A DNA stretch of 64,000 bases from Chara braunii (taxonomy: Eukaryota > Plantae > Charophyceae): assembly GCA_003427395.1 (NCBI GenBank), contig BFEA01000008.1, positions 6,723,808 through 6,787,807 of the forward strand, in the 5' to 3' direction. The notes under the pieces were generated by a model. It did not search any database, was not told the DNA's origin, and saw nothing but the letters and a program-made list of their open reading frames with translations. Shown piece by piece: positions 25,516-39,539 of the stretch. The position numbers and the translations under genes were made by a program. The first letter of the stretch is position 1. Each line of letters opens with the position of its first letter.

Positions 25516-26869
25516 CCATCCAAGCACAGGTACACCCCCAACAAGCTCTTCAGCAGATGGGGTGCGGTCCCCCTAGGCCTGCGATGTGCGGCCCGGTGTC
25601 TGGATTTCACCCTCTGTTCCAACAGCCTGGGATTCCTCCTCCACCGGGTAGTTCTCTTATGCCTTCCTGGTATCAACTGTCCAGTGGTCCGGTTGGAGCC
25701 TCTCAAATTTTTCACCCACAGTTGGTGGTGGGTCAGCAGTGCTTTCAGGGTGGACCAGATAGCAACCAAGGACAACTTTACTCTTATCCGGTGGGTAGAG
25801 CGGAGGAAGAGTACATTGCTCTGCAGTTGGGCCAACAGGCTTGTCCTTCTAATCTCCAGTATGGTGGAGGTTTTCCCATTGGGGCCTGTCAGCACGCCAC
25901 TGGAGGGGTTTGGAGGCAAGCTCCATCACATCACAGTAATCAACTACGGGGAGGATCACTTCACTCAGATCATCCACGAGACAGGTCAGCACTCAAAGGC
26001 ACAGCGCCGTCAGGTTCGAGGTTTCAGGGTCTGAGCGCGAGGATAAGGGAGAAGGATTTGGGGAGGGAGAACTCCCGTCTTTCGATTCACTCGAACTCGA
26101 AAGTGGAAATGGGCAGTGAACTGGTTGGGGATGATCCAGCCTTGCTAGGGTCAGGATTTCTGCAGGCTGAAGGATCAGAATCTTCTACGGGAAGCTCGGC
26201 TGGAATTTCGGGTGGAAGGATGGCGGCGTCAGACACCACAAGTAAAAGAGGGTATAGGAAGACCCTTCCGGTTGAGAGAAGAATGGCCCCCCTGGTGTGT
26301 ACAGTAATGGATGGCACCCCGGTCTTTTTGGGGAAGATGCATTTAGATGGCAGTTTGTATCTGCCGTCGGTACCGACAGAGAGAACTCCTTTGCCGGGAG
26401 AGATTATCACAAGAACAAAGTACCTGTATGGGGATGCTTTTCCACTGCGGATTATCCCGAGCTCAGTAATGGCAAACTGTCAAGTCCCGCTGGAAAATAA
26501 TATTGCTAAATTTTACTTTCCATATAGATGCAGGCAATGCAGATGTTCTGTTTCAGGCGGGAGTTCGGTGGTTTAAGTTGGACGGGATAAGAGAGCAAAA
26601 TCGTCACGAGTTGGAAACGCTGTCGTTGGCGCAAGATGTTTCTGGTTTGCTGCTGCTTCAGCTTAATGCCTCCTTACCTGCTGAAAAGAATTTGCAGTCG
26701 AGGTTTATGGAGGACTCCTTGGTAGTTGGATGGAGATCCCCTTCTCATTCTGCACAGTCTGCGCAGTCCCGGGGCTCAGGGAGCAGAAGTTCGAGGCGTC
26801 AATCCCCTGCACAAGGGCAGCGCAGGTGGGGTGACGACCAGTCAGAATCCCGCATTCCAAGTTTAGCGG

Positions 26870-29800
26870 ATGATGTCCAGATTCATGGTTAAGCTGTCCT
26901 TAGCAACTTGGAATGTAAGGGGTTTAGTAGACAGTTCAGGGAAGGCTAAGCGGAAGAGAGTGAAGGCCTGGATGTTTGATCGGAAGATAGACTGTCTGTG
27001 CATCCAGGAATCGAAGCTAGATGAGGTAAAGCTGGGGAAAATGGAGCGTTGGTGGGACGGCCCACAGGTGTGGTCGCCAGCCCAGGGATCTAGAGGGGGG
27101 GTGGGGATTTTTATTCATAAGAATTGTCGGTCTCAGATCCTGGACTCAGAAGTCGACATTTGGGGCAGGTGGGCCTGGGTACGGTTGCTCACAGGCTTCC
27201 TAGAATGAACGTTAATGACAGTCTACGCCCCGTCTAACCCAGCCGCTAGAGCTGTTTTCTTCGACGACAGAGGGAGCATTCCGGTCTCAGACAACTTGGT
27301 GATTACAGGGGACTGGAATGTCTCCCTGGATGAGGCTGCTAGGGAGGGATCCCATACAGCAGGGTGGAAGGATGCTTGTGCTCTGTTGGACCTGATGATG
27401 GCTAAGGGCTTATCTGACCCATACAGGTCACTCAACCCCGACGAGGCAGGGTACACATGGTTTTCGAATGTGAGGAAAGACAATGGAGGAATCACTCGAA
27501 GGAGGTTAGATTATTTTTTGGTTGGGAGGGCCCTGCAGCAGGCTGTCACACAGGTGAAGCAGCTCTCGCACCCATTGTCTGATCATAAGCCGGTGGTGGC
27601 AGATCTAGTCACAGCAAGGTCGGAAGAGAGGGGGAGGGGTTATTTCAAACTGAATGCCAAGGACTTGGAGGATCCGGGCCTTAAAGGTTGGGTAGCTAAC
27701 CACATGGAGGCTTGGCAAACGACCAAGGGGGATTTTGGTTCAGCAGCCGAATGGTTGGATGGGGGTATAGCTATTATCTCAAGGGTTCTCAGCGTGAGCT
27801 CTAGGATCCTGGCCAGGGAAAGGAATAGAGAGGAAGAGCAATGCAAGCGAAGTGTGGAGGAAGCGGAGAGGAGACTGGAGCAGCACCCCATCTCCGAACT
27901 GGTGTGGGCGGCAGAAAGAGAGAAAAGAATGGCTGCGTGGGAGAAGCTGCAAATTGAGCGTCAGGCTAGATGGGAGGAGAACCTGAAGGTTAAAGGTATC
28001 ATTGTGCAAGATAAGCTATCGAAAGAGAACTTCCAGAGGCTGCTGCCTAGTTACTGCTTCCACCAGGTAGTTCAGCTCACCCATCCCCCACCAGTGATCT
28101 CCCCCGAGGGCATTTTAGATTATGCTCGGTTGTACTACTCAGACATATTGATGTCCAGGAAGCCTAGGGAGGACGTGCTCAGTGATCTCTCTATGGAGCT
28201 GGATATGTGGGAGGATACAGATGCGACACTAGTTCCAGCAGAGCGGTTGAGCCTAGACAGACCTGTTTCTATCGATGAATTGCAGCACACTTTGGCAGTT
28301 ATGGCAGCGGGGAAATGCCCAGGAAGAGATGGGTTGACTGTAGAATTCTATCGGAGTTGTTGGGATGCTGTAGGACCAGCCTTGGTCGAAGTCTACAACA
28401 AGGTGCTGACAGGGGAAAAGCTGGGGGATTTGATGACCTTTGGGGTTATCTCTGTTATGTTCAAAAAAGGAGATAAATCCAACATCAGGAACTACCGGCC
28501 TATCTCGGTGTTGAACGTGAGCTACAAGTTGCTGGCCAAGACTTTGGCGTTGCGTTTAGGAAGGATCTTGCCTAAGCTGGTGGAGCATGATTAGGGGGCT
28601 TTCGTGCAAGGAAGGTTGATATTTGTGAACATTCTGACGGCGATTGAGAGTATTGAGGTAATCAGGGATGAGAACCTGGACCTGGCAGTTCTCTTTTTGG
28701 ACATGGAGAAGGCCTACGACAGAGTTGGCTGGCCGTTTGTGTTGACTACTTTAAGGAAGATGGGTTTCGGTCAAGGTTTTTGTAAGTGGGTGGTGGCCAT
28801 GTACACGACGGCAGAATCGGCGGTTCAGGTTAACGGTCATCTGTCCAACCCCTTTCATCTTTCTCGCTCTCTCAGGCAGGGTTGCCCCCTAGCTCCCCTG
28901 CTCTTTGTGATGCAGCTGGAGGTGCCCCTGAACAGAATTCGGAAGCATCCTAGGATCCGCGGCCTGCAGTTATCCTCTGACAGGGAGTGCAGGGTCAAAA
29001 CTTTGGCGGATGACCTGTTCCTGATTTCGGAAAACTCCGTGAAATCTCTGATGGCGGTGAAAGAAGTTCTAATGGAATTTTCGCAACTGTCGGAGGCCTT
29101 GGTTAACTGGAATAAGCCGGTTTTCCTTCTCCCACAAGACTTTGTCTTAAAAGTGGAGTGGGGTATGGAAAGAGTTGATCCGGGGAAGGGCGAACGGTTC
29201 TTAGGAGTACTGGTAAGCACTCAGGCTATGGGAATGGCTCAGGGAATGGTGCTGCAGCAACGAGTGTCTGCAAAACTTCAGCTATGGGGTTCGGCCTGGC
29301 ACCTCTCGTTATTTGGAAGAGCGTTGGTCATAAACGTCGCCTTGTTTTCCCTGATTTTTTTCGTAGGAACAGTGAGGAAACTGGGTGGGAGTTCCTTGGC
29401 TGCAATTAAGAGATTGGCGACTCGGTTCCTGTGGAAACCAAAGGCGAAAGGAGAGGAGGGCGCCTTGATTAAGCTGGCTTGGGATTTAGTTACCTATTCT
29501 AAGGACCAAGGGGGTTTGGGCCTGGTCGACCCACATAGGAAAAACCAGGCTCAACTGCGGAACTGGCTGGTGAAGGTGGCCATGGCTGTAGTAAAGGAGG
29601 ACTGGATTTTGCTGGCCGAACGCTTACTCCAAAGGCAGTGGCAATTGTGCAGGGGGGAAGATGTCTGGGTATGTTTTTTCATGAAGTCTTTCCTCCGGAA
29701 GAAGTTGCACTCAGAGTTCTGGGACCCAGTGCGAAGGGCCTGGTTGAAGTATCTCCCTGACATCCGTAGCCCGCCACACACGAAACAAGAAGTTTTGGCG

Positions 29801-32800
29801 CAGCCTCTGTTCGAGAATCCCCTGCTCCTGGACGCTAATGGGAACCAGTTTTCAGCCGGACAGGAGGCAGGTGCTTTCGACCGATCTTGGATTAAAAAGG
29901 GTGTGGTGAGGGTGGTCGATCTCTGGTCGGAGCTTCTGGGTTCCTGGAAGCCGCTGCAGGAGGTTCATGCCACCCTTCATGGTCTTTGGAGAGTGGAAGA
30001 TAACTGGGGAGTGATCCTGCAGGCCATTCCAGGTGACTGGCAGACTCTGCTTGGGCCCGAGGGATTAGACCCCCCCGGGACATGGTATGCCCCAGAGCCA
30101 GGCCTGCCCCAGGAGAAGGTTTGGAAAGTGATGGGTCTAACGGACTGTGGGTTTCGTCAAGTCCAGGTTTGGCATAGAGAAGGACCCTCGGGGCTCCTAC
30201 AGTTGATTGGAGAGGAAGTGATCTCGCAGTGGACGAACCCGCCGCAAATAAGGGTGGTTGAAGATTGTGATAAAAGGAGCCGTTTAAAGTCAGTGAGTTG
30301 GGTAGGAAATGCCCCATTGTTGGCCCTGTCAATCGACCCTAGAGCGTGGGGTTGGAGTAAGGGTAAGCCTACCTCAGTTTCTCCCGATGGATATGACTTA
30401 GTCTCTTACACAGCCAAGGAGTTGTATGGCTTATCGGATACAAGGACCAGATCTCCCACAACAGTGGCGATCTCCAGATAGAGCCCAGTCTTACAGAGGG
30501 ACCTGCTAGACTGTGCAGAGGATTTCCGGAAAGTTGACGCCCAACCTCACGCCCAGCGCGACTTCCTGATCGGAGTGGAGTGTGGGCCTCGAAGTGCGAA
30601 AAGGGGTGTGCCAAGGATTTTTGGGGGAAGTGGGGGGGGTCTTAAGGATATGAATGTAATTGGGCGAGCGAGGGGTGAGCACGCAAGGGTTTCACAGTCC
30701 CAAGGGACCAGGATACTGTGGACGACGGGTTACGGGAAAATTCCTCCGTGGTGGAGGTGGTCCTGAAAAGTTAGGCCGTCGGGGGCCACCACGCGGCGCA
30801 GGCCGCCGCGTACCTAGGTTGGGCCTTCGGAATTCCGGAGTGCTCTGCACGCCGTTGCGTCGGCAGTTCATGCAAAACGTATTGGGCCAATAGGGGGCTA
30901 TGGCCGGCCACGGAACAACACTGAGTTGATGATACGGGAGAAGGAGGCGGAAAGGAGGGAAACTGGTGGTGATCTCAACGAATCCTGGGTGGGTGAAGTA
31001 GTAGGTGTGGTCGGGGGAAGGAAAATCGGAGCACCGAGGGTCGCTAGTGGTGGCACAGTGGAATTCCTGCGGACATAGCCAATTCTCCGTGTGACAGGGG
31101 TATCGTGTCCTTATGAGCTCGTTTATTATACGAGTGAAATAGTCCGGGTCATAGGATGAGTCTGAGCCCCAAGATCTCGTCATGGTGTCATTGTCGGTGT
31201 GATAGTGCGGGCCGGGTTATCGCCACCCGATGTCGACTTCGTTCTCGTTTTTGCTTATCTCATGATGGGGATTGTGTTATGGTTGCATCTTGCATAATTG
31301 ACGATCCGAAGTCTGGCCCCGTGAACGCCGCGCGAGAACACGTATAAACGCGATCCGAGTCGCGCCCTTACACGCATTCCCGTGCGTCGATTCGCCCGCC
31401 CAGACAGGACTCGCGGCGGAGCCACCATCCCGCACGAGCACGCCGGGGCGCAACTAAGTTCGCCTGTCCAACACGTGCTCATACGAGATTCTTATCCCAT
31501 CTATCGCTGCATCTGGTGCAAGCAAAGATTCGGCACAAACAGAAAGCAAGGGCAGGGATTCTCCGCAAAAGAGATAGGCAAGCAGGCATAACATTCATGC
31601 GTCCATACATTCGACAAACATACACATAACGCAAGCAAAAACGGACATCGCGAAGACAAATGCGAGCAAAAATCCAAGCCCAGATTTCAGAAAGCCGAAA
31701 CGAAGATAAGAGCGAGCAAACCGCCCGGAGCCGCAATCAAATTGTATGTACACAGATGGAGAGGGAGAAGAGACAAAGAAACAGCAAATCCACGTCCATC
31801 AACCTCAACTCTCTTCTCCTCTCTCTCTCACTCCGATGCGGACAGTCCGTCGTCATGCACCAACCCACGAAGTTGTCACCCCGCTTAGTCCTCCCGCACC
31901 CGTCGGATTCGCCCGTGCCCACAGTCCGTCGTGGNCCACGTCAATCCCGNGCNTTCGGCACCAGCCCNTCGGGTCGCCCAACTCCTACTCTACTCACCTC
32001 TTACTTCGCTCGTGTGCCGACCCTTCCTGATCGCGCAACCCCGAGCTTCCAACAACGGGTTAAGAGAGCTGACTAATCGCGCAGCCGAAATTTATAGTGT
32101 GCATACATGCGCGAGGAACACGGAATTACTAGGACTTAGACTGAGGATTAGAGAGGGAGCGCCTGCGTTCTGCATGATCGGCCGCGGCGTGGGGGACATA
32201 ACCCTTCTCCACGCATCGATCCGAGCATGCAAGCCGCGACTTTCAAAATTTCAGCAAAGGAAAGAGAGGGAGGGCGGGAAAGTGCAAGAAGAAAGATACA
32301 GTTACAATGGCGCCCGCCCAAAATTACAGTTACATACGCGATTAAGGGCGCCTACTAATCAGAGTACCGTTGCAGCCGCATGCAGAAGCGCGTAAACAAA
32401 AGGCGCCGCGCGGCAGAAAAAAAGTCCTAATTACTGAATTCCTAAATTCCTATCTACTACGAAAAAGCAAAAAGCACAATTTCCAGAAGGAAAGTCCAAA
32501 ATTCCGAGAGTCATTGGGGGCTCGACAAAATTCGAAAAAAAGATTCAAAAGGAAATTCAAAAAGAACAAAGCAACTTCCCGAGCGATGTCCGTGCCCAAA
32601 AGATCGAAACCGAACCAAAAGAAATGACGTCGACATTTATTAATCGCGCGTGTGCGTGGCGTCGCGCCAATCAACCATTCGACCAATCAATCCACCGACC
32701 GTCCCAAGACACACCCGACCCCGTGCTCGGCCATTCGAAAAAGAAACGGCGAAAAAGGGTGAAAAGAAGCGAGGACACTGATGCAATTCTCCACCGATCC

Positions 32801-33483
32801 CGGTCTCCCGTAATTGGCCCAATCTTCCCAGCTTAGGACCCCTTATTGCAACCTCGCAGAAAATCACGCGTTACAGCAAGTGGTTCGTCACAGTGTGGCA
32901 AATTCTGGAGCTCATTCCTGATAGGAAGCAGGCCAGTATTCTTTGGTTAATCTCGCTATTTATCACTCCTTCTGCGGTTTGGCTGAGCGGTAAGGGGGGT
33001 GATATTCCGCTGGGCTGCTCAAGGTGTACTTGGCCTTTCGAGTCAACCAAGCATCTTTGGTGGGACTGCCCAGCCTCGAAACGAATCTGGGCTTGGTGGG
33101 CGGAGCATTGGGAGCGAATGGGAGGTGAGGATGTTGAATGGAACGAGAATTGGGTTCTTCTGGGTTTCGTGAAGAGGGAAGATACAGGTCAACGGGGCTG
33201 GTCTTATGTGGCTCAGGTAGCCAGAGCGGTGATCTGTTCAGTCATTTGGGCTGACAGAAACCGTTCCCGGTTTGAGGGTCGCCCCTTTGCAGATCAGGAG
33301 ACCAAATTGCTGATCAAGAGAGGCTTAAGAGCAGCAATCTGGGCAGATTGGCGAGGGAAGGCAAAATGCAGTAAGGCCCCAAGGAGGATACTCTGGTGGT
33401 TCCTGCGGACTTGGGCAATTAGGAACACCCTGGCAGGTGTCCATAAGAAAGGCCTAGTTATTGCCTCATGGTTACAAGGCTGA
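26870..33483 (+). pseudogene. LINE ORF2: APE endonuclease, RT, C-terminal zf-RVT; stops and a 2.4-kb insertion
   Basis: Endonuclease motifs TWNVRG, CIQES, GDWN, RRLDYF and SDHK. RT motifs CPGRDG, NYRPIS, LDMEKAYDRV, LRQGCPLAP and LADD. CSRC..ESTKHLWWDC follows the insertion. Confidence 0.92.
30512..32875. mobile_element. 2.36-kb non-coding TG..CA insertion (solo-LTR-like) in LINE ORF2
   Basis: ORF2 reads ..QRDLLD | KWFVTVWQILEL across it. Begins TGTGCAG and ends GTTACA. No clear TSD, so boundaries are approximate. Confidence 0.65.
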
Positions 33484-34128
33484 GCGGGGTCGGTGGCGGA
33501 ACCGGGTGATATGGGGAACCAGGGAAGCTCGGTTCCAGTGTGGGCCACAGTAGGTCGAGCAGGGTGGGGGGGCGTGAGAATGCCAACGGTTACTGGGAAC
33601 AAGAGTTCCAATCGGCCGTAGTAGGCCGATGTCAGACCATGTTAGGCCTGTGTACTAGTGGTTCTAGTGGTACTAGCAGTTTTTACGGATAATAGTGGGT
33701 GAAAAGCTAGTGTTTTTCAGTACTAGGTGTACTAGGAGGGTACGGTTAAGATAGTAATTGTCTCATCGTGGTTTAGTGGTTGGGGATGAGTTGGTGTGTG
33801 TTCCGTGAAATGGGCAGTAAGAATAGGCTTATGATTGGCGGTTTCCCTTGGTGATATACAGATGATCTTATAAGTTGCAGCCCTGATGGCTGAGAGTTGG
33901 TTTATAGTTTGGGGGTTTTGCTTTAGCTTAGTTATTGGTGGACTGGTTATATTGGGAGGATGTGGGTCTTATTAAGCTAAACCGGCTGATGCTGCCGGGA
34001 TAACCCCGGGTAGAATTGTGAGGTCCCCGGCCTCTTTCATGTGCATTCTTGGAATTTAAAGACATACTTTCGAAAAAAAAAAAAAAAAAAAAAAAAAAAA
34101 AANNNNNNNNNNAAAAAAAAAAAAAAAA

Positions 34129-34775
34129 GAAACAGACACCTCGCACCGGAAATCACGGCACAGTGCTTCCCAGCCATCAGATCACAAACGATCTGATGGT
34201 GGTGGTTGCAACAACAGTGAGCGAAGTAACCGCCACATTTTCTGGAATAAACTCGACTTCTGTCAGCAGTGATCCTGACACCGTCCATATACTCCCTGAT
34301 TGAAGGAGGGCTCCACCCGATGAGATAATGGGCCTCGCTGCACTACTCTTGAAATGCACAAAAGACAAAAATCATGGCCGTGTATCTTTCCATATTCTAG
34401 CGCTGCACTACTCTTGAAATGCACAAAAAACAAAAATCATGGCCGTGTATCTTTCCATATTCTAGCGGAAGATTCACTCTCGTTTTGCACATTTCGAGAG
34501 TAGTGCAGCGAGGCCCAATTGCACAACAGCAAGTAAAATACTCTGTAAAAAAAGAAACAGAGACCTCCCACCGGAAATCACGGCAGAGTGCTTCCCAGCC
34601 ATCAGATCACAAATGATCTGATGGTGGTGGTTGCAACAACAGGGAGCAAAGTAACCGCCACATTTTCTGGAATAAACACGACTTCTGTCAGCAGTGATCC
34701 TGACGCCCTCCATATACTCGGTGATTGAAGGAGGGCTCCACCCAATGAGATAATTGCACAACAACAAGTAAAATA
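34129..34775. repeat. Local duplications (~200-bp unit at ~34129 and ~34553; ~65-bp unit at 34337 and 34401)
   Basis: Direct sequence comparison. Confidence 0.8.
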
Positions 34776-34799
34776 CTCTGTTTTTTTCTGTTTTTTTTT

Positions 34800-35644
34800 C
34801 CAATGGAAAATGCTATTCCGAATAATGTTGTAATGGCGTTGCCACGTAGGAGGGTCTTCATTACCCTAAATGGGATGTTGGAACAGCGATCGCAGCGGGA
34901 GGGGGTTGATCTCCCTCTCCCCACGATCCATCACATAGGGAACCTTTCCCCATGATTTTCTCTGTTCTTTTTTTCGTTTTTTGGGGGGAAAATTTTTGAA
35001 ATGCCCCCGAAGTTCGCTGTGAAGGCCGACTTACCCTGTGGTGCCCCTCGGGCCTCTGAAATTTTCCGCAGGCCCCTGTCAGCATGGGGCGTAACTTTCC
35101 CACATGCCCTTATTGGACCGCTGGTGCCGTTTCGTCGGTCCGTCCTTGAAATGCCCTCACGAGGGGCACACATCTTTCTGTGATGCCCTTGCAGCAGTAG
35201 CGGCAGGAATTCAAATTCAAAGTGGTAGGCATTCCACGCGCCGCCACGAAAAAGATACAGCAGTGAGTCTTCGAGTCCGCGGTGTCGGTGATCGATGTGT
35301 TGGAGTGCATACAGCTACCGTGCGAAGGGGGAGCGTGCACGTGCGTGTGTGTGTGTCCATCCTCATTGCCCTCTTCCCTCCTCCTCCATCCATTCTCATT
35401 GCCCTCCTCCCTCCTCCTCCTTCTCCGTCCTCATCGCTCTCCTCTCTTCTCGTCCAGCCTCCATCCTCTATCCTCGTCCGAGTCCTTGTCCTCCTTACTC
35501 CTCTTCCCCTCCTCTTCCCTCATTCCTCCCTCCTCCAACTTTCTCCTCGTCACCCCTCCCACTCCACCTCCTCGATTGTCGACCTCCTATTCATCACCAT
35601 GCCCATCTTCTTGGTGTCATCGCCCATGCAAGTGTGCGCGTCTG

Positions 35645-35714
<70 letters not shown>

Positions 35715-37310
35715 NNNNNNNNNNNNNNNNNNNNNNNNNNNNNNNNNNNNNNNNNNNNNNNNNNNNNNNNNNNNNNNNNNNNNNNNNNNNNNNNNNNNNN
35801 NNNNNNNNNNNNNNNNNNNNNNNNNNNNNNNNNNNNNNNNNNNNNNNNNNNNNNNNNNNNNNNNNNNNNNNNNNNNNNNNNNNNNNNNNNNNNNNNNNNN
35901 NNNNNNNNNNNNNNNNNNNNNNNNNNNNNNNNNNNNNNNNNNNNNNNNNNNNNNNNNNNNNNNNNNNNNNNNNNNNNNNNNNNNNNNNNNNNNNNNNNNN
36001 NNNNNNNNNNNNNNNNNNNNNNNNNNNNNNNNNNNNNNNNNNNNNNNNNNNNNNNNNNNNNNNNNNNNNNNNNNNNNNNNNNNNNNNNNNNNNNNNNNNN
36101 NNNNNNNNNNNNNNNNNNNNNNNNNNNNNNNNNNNNNNNNNNNNNNNNNNNNNNNNNNNNNNNNNNNNNNNNNNNNNNNNNNNNNNNNNNNNNNNNNNNN
36201 NNNNNNNNNNNNNNNNNNNNNNNNNNNNNNNNNNNNNNNNNNNNNNNNNNNNNNNNNNNNNNNNNNNNNNNNNNTTGTGTGTGCGCGCGTGTGTGTGTAT
36301 ATGTGTGTTGCGTGTGTGTGCGCGTGTGTGTGCGTGTGTGCGTGTGTGTGTGTGTCCATGCTCATCGCCAAATTTGTGATATGCCCCGGTAGCATCTCTC
36401 CCGGGGCCAGGGGAAAGACTGAGTGCCAACAACGGCCACAGGGGCTCGCTGGAAAGATGGACGGTACCAATAAGGGCATATGGGAAACTTTTGTGTTGGT
36501 TCTCAACGGCCATCCGGTAGGGGCATACTGAAAATTTGGTACTGGTACCGGTAGGGGCATATGAAACATTTTTCAGGCCCAAACGACGCCAGGGGATTTC
36601 TGGAAACATCATTCCTCGTCAGAGGGGCACGACAAGGTAAGTCAGTCGTCAGAGGGGCACGCCGCAAATAAACGCAAACTTCAGGGGCATTTCGAAAATT
36701 TCTCCTCTTTTTCATGAAAAATGTTTGTCTGAATAATGTTGTGATCATGTTCCCACGTAGGAAGTTCTTGATTGTCCTAAATGGGATGTAGGAGCAGCTA
36801 TCGCATAGGTGCGGGGTTGATCAACCTTTACCCACGAGTTTCTCTGTTTTCTTTTCGTTTTTTCCATGAAAAATGCAATTGCGAAAAATGTTGTGATCGA
36901 GTTGCCACGAAGGAAGGTCTTCATTATCCTGAATGGGATGTAGGAGCAGCTATCGCATAGGGAGGGGGTTGATTTCCCTCTCCCCACCATTGATCGCATA
37001 AGGAGGGGGTTGATCAACCTTTCCCCACAATTTTCTTTGTTTTTTTTCTCGTTTTTTTTCATTGAAAATGCTAATGTGATCGCGTTACCACATAGGAAGG
37101 TCTTAAATACCATGAATGCGGCGTACAAACAGCGATCGCATAGGGAGGGGGTTGATCAACCTTTTTCCACGATTTTCTCTGTTTTTTTTTCCATTTTTTA
37201 TAAATGGAAAAATGTTATTCCATATTATGTTATGATCACATTGCCACGTAGGAAGGCCTTGATTACCCTGAATGGGATGTAGGAGGAGCGATCGCATAGG
37301 GACGGGGACC
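34800..37310. repeat. Degenerate ~150-200-bp tandem array (~5 units) split by a TIR element
   Basis: Unit contains aatgttgtgatcgcgttgccacgtaggaaggtctt..aatgggatgtaggagcagc.atcgcatagggagggggttgatc. Confidence 0.75.
34983..36707. mobile_element. TIR element (MULE-like) containing (GT)n and an N gap
   Basis: GGGGGGAAAATTTTTGAAATGCCCCCGAAGTT matches the reverse complement of the right end (GAGGAGAAATTTTCGAAATGCCCCTGAAGTT). Internal TGCCCC/GGGGCA subrepeats are in mirrored orientation. Confidence 0.75.
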
Positions 37311-37408
37311 AGGGGGTTGAGCACATGGGGAGAGTTGAACATGGCAGCTCCTCGCCATGGCTGAAACACACGCTCTAGATCAGCAGGGAGCCGAATGCAG
37401 CTCGAAAC

Positions 37409-37413
<5 letters not shown>

Positions 37414-37503
<90 letters not shown>

Positions 37504-37550
37504 TCACACACACACACACACACAGACACACACACAGACACACACACACA
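37414..37550. repeat. (CT)n(CA)n compound microsatellite
   Basis: Seen directly. Confidence 0.95.
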
Positions 37551-39121
37551 GAGGGGGAGCAATCCCACTCAGACACGCACACACAGAGGAAGCACGCGCA
37601 ATGAACACAGTTGGAGTCGCACTGCGTAGTAAATAATCCAAACCAGGCCGGTACCTGCAGGGCCACCAAACCAGGCCAGTACGCAGAAAAGGCCTCACCA
37701 CAAACGGTACTGGTCCATTATCCAGTGTGAAAAGGGGCCGATACTTTTTCCTGATAAATTTTCGTTAGCGGAAGTGGTCTACGCAGCATCTAACGCCCGC
37801 AAGGGGAGATGCCCCATCCGACATCCAACGCCCGTAGCCCATAGCCCATAGCCCAGCGCCCAGCGTCATAGCCGAGCGCCTAGTGCCCACCGCCATAGCC
37901 CAGCGCCCAGCGCCATAGCCCAACGCCGTGCGCCCATTGCCACCGCGCAACACCCAACGCCCACTTTTCGTTCGAGACGTNNNNNNNNNNNNNNNNNNNN
38001 NNNNNNNNNNNNNNNNNNNNNNNNNNNNNNNNNNNNNNNNNNNNNNNNNNNNNNNNNNNNNNNNNNNNNNNNNNNNNNNNNNNNNNNNNNNNNNNNNNNN
38101 NNNNNNNNNNNNNNNNNNNNNNNNNNNNNNNNNNNNNNNNNNNNNNNNNNNNNNNNNNNNNNNNNNNNNNNNNNNNNNNNNNNNNNNNNNNNNNNNNNNN
38201 NNNNNNNNNNNNNNNNNNNNNNNNNNNNNNNNNNNNNNNNNNNNNNNNNNNNNNNNNNNNNNNNNNNNNNNNNNNNNNNNNNNNNNNNNNNNNNNNNNNN
38301 NNNNNNNNNNNNNNNNNNNNNNNNNNNNNNNNNNNNNNNNNNNNNNNNNNNNNNNNNNNNNNNNNNNNNNNNNNNNNNNNNNNNNNNNNNNNNNNNNNNN
38401 NNNNNNNNNNNNNNNNNNNNNNNNNNNNNNNNNNNNNNNNNNNNNNNNNNNNNNNNNNNNNNNNNNNNNNNNNNNNNNNNNNNNNNNNNNNNNNNNNNNN
38501 NNNNNNNNNNNNNNNNNNNNNNNNNNNNNNNNNNNNNNNNNNNNNNNNNNNNNNNNNNNNNNNNNNNNNNNNNNNNNNNNNNNNNNNNNNNNNNNNNNNN
38601 NNNNNNNNNNNNNNNNNNNNNNNNNNNNNNNNNNNNNNNNNNNNNNNNNNNNNNNNNNNNNNNNNNNNNNNNNNNNNNNNNNNCATCATGACCTTTACGA
38701 AATATGTCATTATTTCAAAGAAAAGATAAAGAAAATCCCCGTCGAAAATCGTCGGAGAGGGAGGGATCCCCTCCCGGTCCTTCCATCTTTGTTCCTATCT
38801 CGCATTGCCTCGTCACGACATTCTGGAAACACGACATTTTGCAACAAGAAAAAAAAAAAGCGAAAAGAAACACACAGCATGATGCCATCTGATAGCGCGG
38901 GGAGAGTGAGATCAACCCCCTCCACATCCTTGCATTGCTGCTGCCACATGCCAGCACCTCATCGTGACCTTTTTTCAAATACGACATTTAAAAAAACAAA
39001 TTGCAAATGGGGAGTGTTCTACGTTGCAGTTCCTCATACGTTTGGTAGCCACTGTCAAAGCACACGTTGTAGATCAGCACACGCCAAATACAGATCCAAA
39101 AGGAATGGAGCTGCTACGAAA

Positions 39122-39271
<150 letters not shown>

Positions 39272-39539
39272 ATTAATTGGGGTGTTCTGGCCCAATAAAT
39301 AAGAAATAAGTTATTTATTGGGCCCGAAAGATCGCTACCCACAGGATTAAACATGGTATAATTTTCAGCGCGACACGTTATGGTCACGGTGTCCGGATTT
39401 TTTGGTCGACCGAGTAGCCTCCACATCTATCGCTCGCGGAAGTGGCCTACATAGGCTCGCGGATTCTTCGGGCGGGCAAATGGCCTCCGCATTGTCACAA
39501 CATTTTCCGGTCCCACTGGTTGCCTCTGTCCAATGGACG

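Larger units (their letters stand above)
23519..26892 (+). pseudogene. LINE ORF1 (CCHC knuckle, poly-Q, long C-terminal extension), interrupted by a MITE and frameshifts
   Basis: Reads DEIKE|KWLKERTV once the MITE is removed. WIVALRVPLE and CRKCRWYFHTEDNC motifs. Its last frame overlaps the ORF2 start by 23 nt. Confidence 0.8.
23519..34128 (+). mobile_element. L1/Tx1-like LINE (ORF1, ORF2, 3' UTR, poly-A); 5' UTR boundary not resolved
   Basis: ORF1 with zinc knuckle; APE-RT-zf-RVT ORF2; poly-A at 34073-34128. Confidence 0.9.

Noticed and set aside
25255-26034. Poly-N ORF and antisense poly-L/V ORFs
   Set aside because: They are alternate frames of the (CAA)n tract.
23519-34128. U2-targeting LINE (Keno/Utopia-like), given the nearby U2
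   Set aside because: The sequence after the poly-A is not U2, and the U2 copy is ~8 kb upstream of ORF1.
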